Source: an uncultured Gemmatimonadales bacterium (GTDB taxonomy: Bacteria > Gemmatimonadota > Gemmatimonadetes > Longimicrobiales > RSA9). From it: 64,000 bases of DNA. This document shows positions 10,699 through 21,904 of this stretch, in pieces (within the stretch, counting starts at the first letter, position 1; the number at the start of each line of letters is the position of its first letter). The notes beneath the pieces are model-generated. The model saw only the letters and a program-made list of their open reading frames with translations, was not told the DNA's origin and ran no database searches. A program made the translations under genes and the position numbers. The DNA is taken from NCBI GenBank assembly GCA_963798085.1, contig CAWCRS010000003.1:288001-352000 (forward strand), read 5' to 3'.

Positions 10699-13330
10699 TC
10701 AGTGGATGAGCTGGCGGTACGCAGCCGCACGAGCATTCATGCCCATATCATCGAGCATCCCGGCGGCGGTGTTCAGCTGCGAGCGCGAGTCGGCATCGAG
10801 TTCCGCACCGCGCAGCAGCGCGAGGTTGCGGTCGAACAATCGGTCGGCCGCTTCGGTGTGGCCGCGGAGAGCACTGCTCAGAGCGATCCATGTCCCGGCG
10901 GCGAGAGTCCAGGCGTGATGCGCGCCGAGCGTCGCGGTCCAGCTGTCGACGGCGGAGCGAAGCGCCGGTTCCGCCTCGGCAGGACGTCCATGGCGGGCGA
11001 GCGTCATGCCGAGAGCCATGAATGCGTTGCCGATCCGCCAGTGGCCGTCAGGCCATGTCTCGCGACTGATCCGGATGCGGTCACGCAGCACGGCGAGCCC
11101 TTCGTCCAGTCGGCCACCCCTCACGAGCGCACCGGCGAGATTGCCCATCAGCAGGAGCGTCCGTGGATGGCCGGCGCCGAAGATGGCGGACTGCATGTCG
11201 ACGGATGCGCGGTAGAGTGAGGCGGCCTCGTCGAAGTCTCCTTTGCGCGTGAGCAGGAAGGCGAGGTTGTTCATTGTGAAAACGAGGTCGGCGTTGGTAC
11301 TCCCGAGTGTGGCCCGTTGCCGGGCGAGCACGTCGCGGTAGATCCGCTCGGCGGCATCGAGGTTGCCTTGTGCGCGCAGAGTCACGGCAAACGTGTTCAG
11401 CAGTCCGAGGTACGACGCGCCCGTAGTGTCGCCATGTGCGCGGGTGAGTTCGAGCGACCGGTGCACCAGCACAGCCGCGGAGTCGGCATTGCCCAGTTCG
11501 CGCAACGCGGTGCTCAGCCCGGCAAGCGTGCCCGCCAGGCGCGCGTCCTGACCGCTGTCGACTGCGAGCCGGATCGTCAGTGCACGCGTGTAGCCCGCGC
11601 GGGCCAGCTCGAAGTTGCGCCACTGCAGGAAGTTCAGCGCGAGTGCATCGAAACCGTCGGCAACCCGTGCATCATATTTCCCGTACAGCTGCTGGCGCAG
11701 CTTGATGGCATCGGTGAGCATCGTATCTGCGATCTCGTGACGGCCGAGGCTGCTGTACACGTGGCCGATCGAGAGCAGGAGTTCGGCCTGAACAGCCGGC
11801 TGGTCGCCGAGTTCGCTCGCAATGCGCTGCTTGCCGCGCTCCAGCAGGACGCGCGCGCTCACGGAATCACCGAGCGTTTCCTCTGGGTCGCTGCCACTGA
11901 AGATGTCCGTGAGGAAGGATGTGACCTGTCGAGCGGTCTCGGATTCCTGCTTTGCCGACTTCGCGGCTGCCTCTGCGCGCTGGCGTTCCCGCTCGGTTTC
12001 GGCCTGCTTCACGACGACAGTCGCGATCCAGCCCACCACCAGCAGAGCGACTGCGATCGAAGCCGATGCAACGCCGCGGTTTCGTTGCACGAACTTGCGA
12101 ACCCGGTATGTCGCATTGCCTCGGCGGGCGCGAACCGGTCGGCCATCGAGGTATCGGCGCAGGTCATCGCCGAGCGATTCCGCCGATCCATACCGCGACT
12201 CCGGTTCTTTGCGCATCGCTTTCAGCACGATCGCGTCCAGGTCGCGGGAGAGCGACGCTCGTCTCGCCGCGGCCGTGGCTCTTCCCGCGCTGCGCGCGGT
12301 GTCCGGAGCGACCGCGCGCCCCGGCTCCGGCGTTTCGCCGGTGTTCCTGCGTCGCACGACGGCCGACGGCGGTTCGGGATCGCTCTCGCACACCGCCTGC
12401 TCGATCGAGTGGCGACTCTGCTCGCTCGATTCGTACGGCCAATGTCCGGTGAGCAGCTCGTACAGCAGGACGCCCAGCGCATAGACGTCGGACGCGGTGG
12501 TGATGCGCTCGCCGCGAATCTGTTCGGGCGCGGCATACTGCGGCGTCATCGGGCGGAGACCGGGACGGGTCAGCGTCGTCGTATCGGGCTCGTCCGGATC
12601 GAGGAGCTTCGCAATGCCGAAGTCCAGCAGCCGCACGCGGCCGTCCGGCGTAACCAGGATGTTGTCCGGCTTGAGATCTCGATGGACGATCAGGTTGCGG
12701 TGCGCGAACTGAACCGCATCGACCACCTGCAGTACGAGACGGATGCGGTCAGCTGATGGACAGGTCGTGCCGGTCGCAGTGGCGATCGATGCGCTCGCCC
12801 TCAATGTACTCCATGACCAGATAAGGACGACCATCGTGCGCAATGCCACCGTCCTGGATGCGCACAATCCCCGGATGCTCGAGGCCGGCGAGGATCTGTC
12901 GCTCCTTGTGGAATCGCCGGCCGGGCTCGCCCGACGCGAAGTCGCGCAGCAGCACCTTGATGGCTACACGCTGCTGGAACTGTCCATCGGCGCGCTCACC
13001 CAGATGGACCGTGCTCATGCCACCGCGCCCGATCTCGTTCAGCACGCGGTACGCGCCCAGCCTCTGGCCTTCGAGTGACAGTGGCGTCTCCACTCCGGCC
13101 TCGAAGACCAGATCCGCCGCATCGCCGTCGAGGAAATCCGGCGCATTCCGGTCCGCCGCCAGCAGCGACTCGACATCGGCGCGCAGCCCTGCATCCCCTG
13201 CGCACGCCGTGTCGAGGAAGGCGCTCAGTTCGTCAGCCTCGAGATCGAGCGCGCCATCGAGCAACTGCTCCACGCGCAGCCAATGCTGTTTTCGTTCATT
13301 CACGACAACATCCGGCGAATGCGGATTCAT
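10699..13330 (-). CDS. Ser/Thr protein kinase with TM segment and C-terminal TPR domain, frameshift near 12755
   Basis: IGRGGMSTV, VAIK, HRDLKPDN, LLDFGIAK, YAAPEQ, SDVYALG across ORFs 12749..13387 and 10699..12867; start overlaps the ECF stop. Confidence 0.92.
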
Positions 13331-13899
13331 TGCGGATCGATATCTGCCCCCAGCTCGCGACTCAGCCAGGCCCTGGCCTTGCGCCATTCGCGCTGCACCG
13401 TGCGCACGGACACGTCGAAGACAGCCGCGATCTCCTCTTCGGTCAGTCCCGCAAAGAAACGGTACTCGACGATCCGCGCGAGACGCGGACTCACGCTATC
13501 CAGCTCGGCAAGCGCGTCGTCCAGCGCGATCAATCGTGCGGCATCGCGATCGGCCGGTATGCGCTCCTCATCGAACGTCACGTGCGTCCTGCCGGCTCCC
13601 CGCTTCCCGGCCTGCCGCGCGCGCGCGTGGTCGATCAGCACCTGTCGCATCGCACGCGCCGCGACCGCCATGAAGTGCTTCCGGTTCGACCAGTCCTCGC
13701 TCTGGCCCACCAGCTTGAGCCAGGCCTCGTGCACCAGCGCCGTCGGATTGAGCGTGTGACCCTCCCGCTCGTGCCGCAGCTTCTGTCTCGCCATGGCCCG
13801 CAATTCGTCGTATACCACTGTGAACAGACGGTCCGTCGCGGAATCGTCGCCGCTCCGGATCCCGTGCAGCAGCGTGCTGACTTCGAGGGAGCCGGCCAT
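13327..13899 (-). CDS. ECF sigma factor of the kinase-associated type
   Basis: VYDELRAMA, HTLNPTALVHEAWLKL, MRQVLIDHAR, RFFAGLTEEEIA, RTVQREWRKARAWL. Confidence 0.93.
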   Translation of the reverse strand: MAGSLEVSTLLHGIRSGDDSATDRLFTVVYDELRAMARQKLRHEREGHTLNPTALVHEAWLKLVGQSEDWSNRKHFMAVAARAMRQVLIDHARARQAGKRGAGRTHVTFDEERIPADRDAARLIALDDALAELDSVSPRLARIVEYRFFAGLTEEEIAAVFDVSVRTVQREWRKARAWLSRELGADIDPQ

Positions 13900-14028
13900 C
13901 GTTGTCGCGTGGAGGGCTCTCCGTTCCGGGCCGTGGGCGGCCCGGCGTGCGGAGCCGTGCGCAGAATGGGAGCAATGTAGGCTCCATGACACGATCCGGC
14001 GATGTCGGGCCACCCACGATGTGTTTCA

Positions 14029-16062
14029 TCAGCCCGGCTGGCAGTGATCCGACACCTTGTCGGGCGGCGGGATGTACGTGGGTGCGATGCAGCCCCGCGC
14101 GATGGTCGGGCCGAAGCCGAAAACGAGCGCGAACAGCGCGTTCGCGCTCGTCACATTGCCGGTGAAGCTCGCCAGCGATTCGTTCGTGCCGGCGCTCTCC
14201 ATGACTACCGTGCCCACTTCGTTCACACCGCCGAACTTCTTGCTGCCGGCATCCAGGAAGTCGACGTAGTCGAAGCTGGCGTTGCTCTCGAAGAGCAGGA
14301 TGCCTTGCCACTTCGCGCCATCGCCCTGCAGCCGGATGCGGTCCGTCATCGTACCGACCGCCGTGAACGTGGAATTGCGGACGTTCAGATCCACGTCGCT
14401 GGCAAGGAACATCTCCACACCCTTTTCGATCGTGAAGCTCGTATGGTCGATCTCGAGCTCCTTGCCGATGAGTTGATAGGGAATGCCAATGTCGTGCACG
14501 GTCGTTTCCTGACTGATGGATCCGCCCGTGGTCTCCACCGTCAGCCGATCGAAGTCGTTGCCGGAGTACGATCCGTTCGCGGTGACCGCGTTGACGTGCG
14601 TTGCGGCGATGTACGCGGGGCCGAGCGCGTTCGCCGTGAGCGTGTTGCCCGTGAACTCGTCGACCGAGACGTCACTCGCACGCGTGAACAGGCCGTACCC
14701 CGCGCTCAGCTGCAGCACGGTGTTGCGCAGGCGCAGGCGAGTCGGGTCACTGCCGGTACCCAGCTTCAGGTCAGCTGGCTGGAGCGTACCACTGCCGCCA
14801 GGGCCGCCGCCGTACTCGATGACGACGTGGTCGAGCACGAATTCCCCGCCTTCGATCTGCAGGCCGCGCCAGGATCCACGTGTGTGCTGCGCGCCCGTCA
14901 GCCGGATCGGCGCCTGGGCCGTGCCCATCGCCATCAGGCTCCCGCCACTCACCGTCATCGCCTGATCCTGCTCGAACTCGAGGACCGCGCCCGGGCCGAG
15001 CGTGAGCGTTCCCTGGACTCCGAACTTCTTCGGATTCGCCAGGATGTGGTACGGCTCGCCGAGTGCGTTCCAGGACACGTTCGAATCCAGATCGTCCGCG
15101 ACGACATCCACGTCATCACGATCATTGCCGGTCATGAGCGGCGGCGTTGGAGCACTGCCGAGAAGGTGCGCGACGGATGCCCACACGTAGGCCGCACCCA
15201 GCGCATTCTTCGTGATCGAACCGCCCTGGTATCCGCCCGGGATCGAGCTGTCGAAATGCAGGTCCAGACCGTAGCCCGCACTCTCCTGCAGCGTCACGTT
15301 GACGAGTACCGTCTGCGCCCCCTGCACCAGAGCCAGGTTCGCGGGCTGGATGCCACCGCCGGCTCCGTGTCCGCCGCCGTACTCGATCGTCGTGTTCTCG
15401 ATGCGGTTGGACGCGTGCTGTGTGATTTCCATCTGGATGCCATCCCAGATCCCACGCGTGGGCGTGATCCCGGAGATCCGGATCGGCTTCGCGGCCGTAC
15501 CCGCAGCGTTCAGCCCCGCCGTGGCCGTCACGAGGAGCCTCCCCTGATCGAAGCCGACGACGACACCCGGCTCGATCGTCAGAAGCGCACCGTTCACGGT
15601 GACCGACTGCTTTGCCTCGTAGTCGAAACAGATCGGATCGGCGATCCAGTCCTGCCACGTCGTGTTCGCATTGATGCTGCTCGCCGCTGCGCGCGGCAGC
15701 GGACACCCTGCGACCGTCAGCTGGATCGAGCCCTGAATCGTCGGCGCAGCCGTGCTCGTGGCCGTAATCGTCACACTGCCCTGCGTGACACCGGTGACCG
15801 TGCCGCTCTGGTCCACCGTCGCGATATTCACGTTACTGCTCGTCCACGTCACACCCTGAGCGGATCCGGACGGCACCACGGTCGCCGTCAGCTGCACCGT
15901 GCCGGTCACGATCAGGCTGGTGGCCGAAGCCGTGACGTTTACGCCGGTCACATTCACACCCGTTGGCGTGCCGGTCGGGCTGGGGCTTTTGCAGCCGAAG
16001 CTGAACGCGCTGAGGAGAAGGAGCGCGCGCCCAGCGCGCACGCAGTGCGGATTTCGGGACAT
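14029..16062 (-). CDS. Lipoprotein with Ig-like (Big_2) domain and three beta-helix-like repeats
   Basis: Lipobox FSFGC; VTWTSSNVNIATVDQSGTVTG; repeats PIRISG..RGIWDGI, PIRLTG..RGSWRGL, RIRLQG..KWQGI. Confidence 0.8.
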   Translation of the reverse strand: MSRNPHCVRAGRALLLLSAFSFGCKSPSPTGTPTGVNVTGVNVTASATSLIVTGTVQLTATVVPSGSAQGVTWTSSNVNIATVDQSGTVTGVTQGSVTITATSTAAPTIQGSIQLTVAGCPLPRAAASSINANTTWQDWIADPICFDYEAKQSVTVNGALLTIEPGVVVGFDQGRLLVTATAGLNAAGTAAKPIRISGITPTRGIWDGIQMEITQHASNRIENTTIEYGGGHGAGGGIQPANLALVQGAQTVLVNVTLQESAGYGLDLHFDSSIPGGYQGGSITKNALGAAYVWASVAHLLGSAPTPPLMTGNDRDDVDVVADDLDSNVSWNALGEPYHILANPKKFGVQGTLTLGPGAVLEFEQDQAMTVSGGSLMAMGTAQAPIRLTGAQHTRGSWRGLQIEGGEFVLDHVVIEYGGGPGGSGTLQPADLKLGTGSDPTRLRLRNTVLQLSAGYGLFTRASDVSVDEFTGNTLTANALGPAYIAATHVNAVTANGSYSGNDFDRLTVETTGGSISQETTVHDIGIPYQLIGKELEIDHTSFTIEKGVEMFLASDVDLNVRNSTFTAVGTMTDRIRLQGDGAKWQGILLFESNASFDYVDFLDAGSKKFGGVNEVGTVVMESAGTNESLASFTGNVTSANALFALVFGFGPTIARGCIAPTYIPPPDKVSDHCQPG

Positions 16063-16254
16063 GAGAGCCTCCGGTCACAGGCGGATGACGCTTGCCGTCC
16101 GCGCCCGGCGCGGACGGGCGACTCACCTGTCAAGCGGAGATTTCGACCAGATGACGACACGGGCCGCGGTTCAGCCCTGGAAGTCCAGCGCCACACCGTC
16201 GACCCAACGGTGTGTGCCGGCCTTGAAGAACAGCGCGACGCCGGCGAGCAACGT

Positions 16255-16815
16255 TCAACCGGCCCGCTTGCGCGCTCGCTTCCTTGCGGGCTTCCCTGCC
16301 AGCTCGCGCTTCACATCGTAACGCAGCAGCATCGTTCCGGTCCTCGGATAGAGGTGGTGACTCGCGAGCGCGAGGCGCGTGCGGACCGGCGTCTCTCCTA
16401 ACAAGGGTATGCCCCGGCCCAGCAGCACGGGAATCACTGCCACCTCGACGGCGTCCACCTGCCCCAGCTCGAGCAGGCTGCGGAACAGTATGCCGCCCCC
16501 GAACAGCGCGATTTCCTTTCCCGGCCGCGCACGCAGCTCCTCGAGCCTTTCCACAATCCCGTCACTGACCACGGTTACGCCTGGATGCTCCTCCGGCCGC
16601 AACGTGCGCGAGAACACCCACACTTCCATATCGTTCGCGCCGCCCTGCCGCGCGAAAGGCTCGTACGTGCGACGCCCCATCAGGAACGTGTCGAAGCGTG
16701 CCATCTGCGCGGCGAAATCAATGTCCGGGTCCATGGGAATCCAGTCGTACTCGCCGTTCGGTCCGGCAATGTAGCCGTCCAGACTGGCAGCGGCTCCGTA
16801 CGTGATGCGTCGCAT
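16255..16815 (-). CDS. Dihydrofolate reductase/RibD C-terminal family protein
   Basis: AASLDGYIAG, LMGRRTYE, GGGILF, PVLLGRGIPL. Confidence 0.92.
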   Translation of the reverse strand: MRRITYGAAASLDGYIAGPNGEYDWIPMDPDIDFAAQMARFDTFLMGRRTYEPFARQGGANDMEVWVFSRTLRPEEHPGVTVVSDGIVERLEELRARPGKEIALFGGGILFRSLLELGQVDAVEVAVIPVLLGRGIPLLGETPVRTRLALASHHLYPRTGTMLLRYDVKRELAGKPARKRARKRAG

Positions 16816-16891
16816 GGGTCGCTCTCCGTGGCGGTGGTCGTCCTCGCCTGCGGCCGCTGCCGACTGGCGCGGCCGGCCCGGCGGGTCCATA

Positions 16892-16940
16892 CTGAATGTG
16901 CATTCAGAAATGCGGAACCTATATCTAAAAGTGCATTTAG
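16892..16940. promoter_or_regulatory. Two related 16-bp imperfect palindromes, probable TetR operators
   Basis: CTGAATGTGCATTCAG (16892-16907) and CTAAAAGTGCATTTAG (16925-16940) between divergent DHFR-like and TetR genes. Confidence 0.75.
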
Positions 16941-16959
16941 TTATCGTCAAGAGGTGTCG

Positions 16960-17577
16960 ATGAGCCCGCGCCCGCGCAAGGCCAGTGATGCGGAGATCTT
17001 CGCCGCGACTCAGCGCGTGATGATGCGCACGGGTCCGGGCGACCTGTCGCTGGCGCAGATCGCGGCTGAGGCGGGGATCACGGCGGGCGCGCTGGTGCAG
17101 CGCTTCGGTTCGCGCCACGCGCTGCTGCTTGCGGTGATGGACGAGTGGGCGGAGGGCACGGCCGCGATGCTGGAGGCCATGCGGCGGCGGCGGCGCTCGC
17201 CGCTGGCCACGGTGCTCTTCTACGCCGAGTGCATGGGCGGCATGGGCGAGAGTCCGCGCGCGCTCGCCAATCACCTTGCCTATCTCCAGCTCGACCTGAC
17301 CGACCCGTCGTTCCGGCAGCGCATGCTCAAGGCCGCCCATGCCACGCGATCGGCGCTGGAAGGCTGGCTGAAAGAGGCTGTTAGTGCGGGCGAATTGCGG
17401 CGCACTACGGAGACCGCCGGTTTGGCGCGCCTGGTGGAGATGGCGATCGGCGGCTCATTGCTCAACTGGGCGGTCTATCAGGAAGGAACGGCGGCGCGCT
17501 GGGTGCGGCAGGATCTCGAGACACTGCTGGCGCCACACCTGCAGACTCGACGGCGGCGGCGCCCCGATCCGGTGTGA
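16960..17577 (+). CDS. TetR/AcrR-family transcriptional regulator
   Basis: GAGGT RBS; MSPRPRKASDAEIF...LSLAQIAAEAGITAGALVQRFGSR HTH. Confidence 0.92.
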   Translation: MSPRPRKASDAEIFAATQRVMMRTGPGDLSLAQIAAEAGITAGALVQRFGSRHALLLAVMDEWAEGTAAMLEAMRRRRRSPLATVLFYAECMGGMGESPRALANHLAYLQLDLTDPSFRQRMLKAAHATRSALEGWLKEAVSAGELRRTTETAGLARLVEMAIGGSLLNWAVYQEGTAARWVRQDLETLLAPHLQTRRRRRPDPV

Positions 17578-17690
17578 CGCGAGCCTGGGCGCAAACGTGG
17601 GAGGTCAGACGTGTGCGACCCGTGTGCAGGTGCATGTGCCTTGCTGTTCGTGGAAACTCGGCCCGGCGTGATGGCTCTCGCAGCAACGGG

Positions 17691-18323
17691 ATGCGTGTGA
17701 TGGTCGACAACACGCAGGATACTGCACCGCGACAACGCCGCCTGCCGGTGGAAGCCATACTCGTCCTGGCGGGCGGTGGCCTGCTCTGGGCGGGAACGCG
17801 TTTCTCCGCCGCCATCCTGACGGGCCTCGGCATATTCGCGGTGGCGCTGGCCATGGGGCGCATCGGGAGCGAAATGCTCCGCACGCGCCGCGCTGATTTC
17901 CGCATGCAGAACTGGGGCCCGGGTCCTGTCGAGAGATACTCGGGTCTGGCCGCACAGCTCTATGGTGTCTGGTTCATCGGTGTGGGCCTCGGTTTCGCCG
18001 TCCTTGGTGTGGTCGCGATCACTTCGCGCGGCGGCATGGAAGGATTCTGGAAGGCCGTGGCTTCGACGCCGCAGGGTTGGGGCCTCGTGGTGATCGCCAT
18101 CGGTTTGCTGGTCGCCGTCCGCGGCGTCATCCGCATCCTCGCCGGCACGGCCGGCGTCGACTACGGTCTTCCGGGCGGTGTCGCGGGAACGCTGACGCGC
18201 GCGAACGGCGCGCTGGTCGTGCTGCTTGCCGCAGCAATGGTGGCGCTCGGGATCCTGCTGGTGCTCGTGCCCGGAGTGCTGCGCGCGCTGGCCGACCACA
18301 TCATCCGGCGGATCTTTCAGTAG
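17691..18323 (+). CDS. Hypothetical multi-pass membrane protein
   Basis: About five hydrophobic segments; start 17691 or 17700. Confidence 0.65.
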   Translation: MRVMVDNTQDTAPRQRRLPVEAILVLAGGGLLWAGTRFSAAILTGLGIFAVALAMGRIGSEMLRTRRADFRMQNWGPGPVERYSGLAAQLYGVWFIGVGLGFAVLGVVAITSRGGMEGFWKAVASTPQGWGLVVIAIGLLVAVRGVIRILAGTAGVDYGLPGGVAGTLTRANGALVVLLAAAMVALGILLVLVPGVLRALADHIIRRIFQ

Positions 18324-18326
18324 CGC

Positions 18327-18420
18327 GCGACGCTGGCGATCCGCGTGGGTGTGAACGCGGCCGTGTTCGGTGTGCTCGACCGGCTGTTCTTCCGGGCGCC
18401 GCGTACCTCATCGATCCACG
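18327..18420 (+). pseudogene. Short relic of an ADOP/MacB-type permease N-terminus
   Basis: Translates ATLAIRVGVNAAVFGVLDRLFFRAP then, after a shift, AYLIDP; resembles LSLGIGIGANTALFSVTHALLLSPLPYAHAD of the neighbouring permease. Confidence 0.5.
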
Positions 18421-18505
18421 GCGCTTCCCGCGTGGCGCGCCGCGCGCGTGGATCCGAACCGTTCGCTGGGGGTCGACCGCTGACGGCGCATTCGACAACA
18501 GCGTG

Positions 18506-20981
18506 TTATTCCGCCGACAAGGCGACGAGCGGGTCGATGCGTGCCGCGCGCGCAGCCGGGATGAGAATGGCGACGATCGCGACCATGGCCAGCAGCAGTC
18601 CGACCGCCGCGAACGTGAGGCGGTCAGTGTCGCTTACACCGAACAGGAGCGATTGCATGAAGCGGGTGAGCGCCCACGCGCCGGCGAGGCCGCTGGCGAG
18701 ACCGCTGGCGGCGAGCACGCTGCCCTGGCGCAGCACCATGCCCAGGATGCTTCGCTGCGACGCGCCCAGCGCCACGCGGATGCCGATATCGCGCGTGCCC
18801 TGGCTCACGATACAGCTCATTACGCCGTACGTGCCAATGGCGGCGAGCACGAGCGCGAAGCCGGCGAAAATGGTGAGCAGTGTCATGGCGAAGCGCGGGC
18901 GTGCGAGCGCCGCGTCGACGCGTTCGTCCATGCTGCGCGCGCGATACATCGGCAGATCCCGATCGACGGCCTGCAATGCGGTGCGAACGGCGGGCGCGAT
19001 GGTTTCCGGCGGACGTGTCGACCGCACCGTGACGTAGAGCGAGCGCGTGTTGAACTGCGTCTGCGCCAGGTACATCGCGATGCGGCCGTCCGCATCGAGA
19101 CCGTACTGCTTCACGCGCCCCACCACACCGACGACGGTCATCCAGTCGTTCGTGCCGGACGAGATGGGTCCGAGACGCAGTCGCTTTCCCACTGCATCCT
19201 GACCCGGCCAGTACTGATCGGCGAGGTACTCGTCGATGATGACGACGCGCGGCGCATCGGCACGGTCGGCTTCCGAGAAATACCGGCCACTGCGGAGCGG
19301 GATCTTCATCGCCTCGAAGTAGCGGCCGCCAACGACGCGCTGATCGGCGTTGATGAAGTCATCGCCGCCGGGCGGTGTGTAGCCTTCGACGGTGATCGGT
19401 CCCCACGCCATGTATCCGGAGAGGGGCAACGACGTGATGCCCCCGGCATACTCGACGCCCGGCACCGCCTGCAGCCGCTGCCACAGGTTCTCGTAGGCAT
19501 TGAGAACGGCGGGACCGTTCGGATACTGCGGACCGGCGAGGGACAGCTCGAACGTGAGTACGCCCCCGGGATCGAAGCCGGGTGGCACGTCGCGCAAACG
19601 GCTGAAGCTGCGGATCAGCAGGCCGGCGCCGATCAGCAGAATGAGGGAGAGTCCGAGTTCGCCGGCCACCAGCACGCGGTGCAACCGGCCGCCGCGTCCC
19701 CACATCGCGTTCGCGCCAATGGAGCCGCGACCCGCGTCCTTGAGTGCGCTCTGCAGATCGAGTCTGCCCATGCCGAGCGCGGGCGCAGTGCCGAACAGCA
19801 AGGCCGATGCGAAACACAGGCCGGTTGTGAACAGGAGTACGGGCAGCGTAATGCCGATGTGGTCGAGCCGCGGCACGTTGGGCGGCTGGAGCGCGCGCAT
19901 CCACGCAATGCCGCCGAGCGCCAGCACCAGCCCGAGCAGACCACCGGCTGCTGCGAGCACCAGCGATTCGGTGAGAAGCTGGCGCGTGATGCGGCGCGCG
20001 CGTCGCGCCCAGCGCGGAACGGACCGTGATCTCGCGCTGCCGGCCGAGTGCGCGCGAAAGCAGCAGGTTCGCCACGTTGGCACAGGCAATGAGCAGCACG
20101 AACGCCACCGCGCCGACGAGGATCAGCAGGGGTCGTCGGACGGTGCCGACCACCTGGTCGAGCAACGGCACCACGCTGAACGTCAGGCCGCCATTGGGCG
20201 GATAATTCGCGGGAAAGTCGCGACGCAAACGCGCTGTCAGGCGATCCATGTCCGCCTGAGCGGCGGCGACGCTGACACCGTGTTTGAGCCGTGCGATGAT
20301 GTTGTAGTCCTCGCGCCCGCGGAAACCGGCGGCGCCCGCCTGCATGGGAAGCGGCAGGAAGATGTCGCCGTCATCCGCCATGCCCAGCGTGGGCAGCACT
20401 TCGTGCGGCAGCCTGAAGCTCTGCGCCAGCACACCCACGATCTCGATCGCCTGGCCGTTGAGTCGGATGCTGCGTCCGATGACGCCGGGATCCGCGGCGT
20501 AGCGGTGAACCCACGTGTCGTGTCCGAGCACGGCCTTCGGGGCGCGGCCCGCGTGGTCGTCATCCGCCACGAACAGCGCACCGTGCGCGGCCGCGGCGCC
20601 CAGCATGGGCAGCAGATTCGACGACACACGGATGACGCCGACACGCTCGGGCTGGCTCTCGTCATCGGTGAGGTTCATCGTGTTGCCCAGCGCGATGGCG
20701 ACGTCGTCGAAGCTCGCGTTGTTGTTCCGGATGTCGAAGTACTGCGCCGTCGAGAACCAGTCCTCCGTGATGTTCAGGCCGGGCGAGCGGTTCCAGAGGA
20801 TGGCGAGCCGATCCGCGTGGGCGTAGGGCAGCGGGCTCAGCAGCAGTGCATGCGTGACGCTGAAGAGCGCCGTGTTCGCGCCAATGCCGATGCCCAGCGA
20901 GAGCACGGCCGCGCCCGCGAAGACAGGTTGCCGCGCGAAATGCCTGAGCGCATAGCGGATGTCTCGAGCCAGCATCGTCAT
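18506..20981 (-). CDS. ADOP-type duplicated ABC permease (MacB/FtsX-like), frameshift near 20005
   Basis: DIRYALR, LGIGIGANTALFS, VLLIACANVANLLL, QLLTESLVLA, DIGIRVALGA, IPAARAARIDPLVAL. Confidence 0.93.
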
Positions 20982-21457
20982 GTCGTTCCCCGGGCCAGCA
21001 GGGCAGCCGCGCGCACGGTGCCGAAGCCCCGGCAGCCTCTCGCGGAAAATATTCCGGCGGGGACGAATACAGAATAGCGCGGCAGCGACGAGATTTCCTG
21101 ACAGCCTCCGCTCGCGCCCGACCGCGGCGCCGCCATGCGCGCAATTCGCCGCCGATCTCGCCTACAAACGCGACTGGGTTCGTCACCGCTGCCGCATCCC
21201 CGGCCAGTCTTCCGATGGAGGGTCTCGATCCATCGGAGGACTGATTCCTCGCGACTTCTCGCCTGTGTATTTTTCGGAGTGACCGATTCGGCAATGCGAA
21301 CAGAAGCCGTCCCACCGATCCCGAGTCGATTGGAACCGAAAACCCGTCGCTGGATGGGGAGAATGATCCCTGACATCGAGAGACGGTGTATCGTTCGATC
21401 CCGGGCTGCATGCCGACCTTTCCGCGGGGTCATCCCGGCCACGGAGAGGTGCACATC

Positions 21458-21904
21458 ATGAACGACCGGGTCCCACCTGGCGCCGAGGAACTGGCACACT
21501 GCCTTCTCGCGCATGAATCGAACGGGCGGAAACGACCCGAGGACCTGCTGGCAGCCACGGACGCGACGCTGCTCAAACTCCGCCACGCGCTGTCGCGGCT
21601 CCTCGGCACGGAAGGCATCTCGTCGATCGAAGCGAGGGCACTCGTTCGTGCAGAGCGCCTGCATCCGGTTCTCGGCCCCGTCTGGACCGGCGGGAGCAGC
21701 AAGCGCGCACTGGATGAGGCTCGCGCCAGTCTCGCGGAGCGGGACCCACGCGAGGCCGTGTCGGCTCTTCGTGCCGTTTGCGTCCAGCTCATCGGGCTCC
21801 TGTTCACGTTCCTCGGCGAAGACCTCACCACGCATATCGTTTACCTGACATGGCCCGACCTTCCAGCGGATGGCACACAGGGTCGAGAGAGAGATTCGCA
21901 ATGA
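21458..21904 (+). CDS. Small helical hypothetical protein coupled to the KaiC-like ATPase
   Basis: GGAGAGG RBS; KLRHALSRLLGTEGISSIEARAL, LLFTFLGEDLT..WP; ATGA overlap with the next gene. Confidence 0.75.
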   Translation: MNDRVPPGAEELAHCLLAHESNGRKRPEDLLAATDATLLKLRHALSRLLGTEGISSIEARALVRAERLHPVLGPVWTGGSSKRALDEARASLAERDPREAVSALRAVCVQLIGLLFTFLGEDLTTHIVYLTWPDLPADGTQGRERDSQ

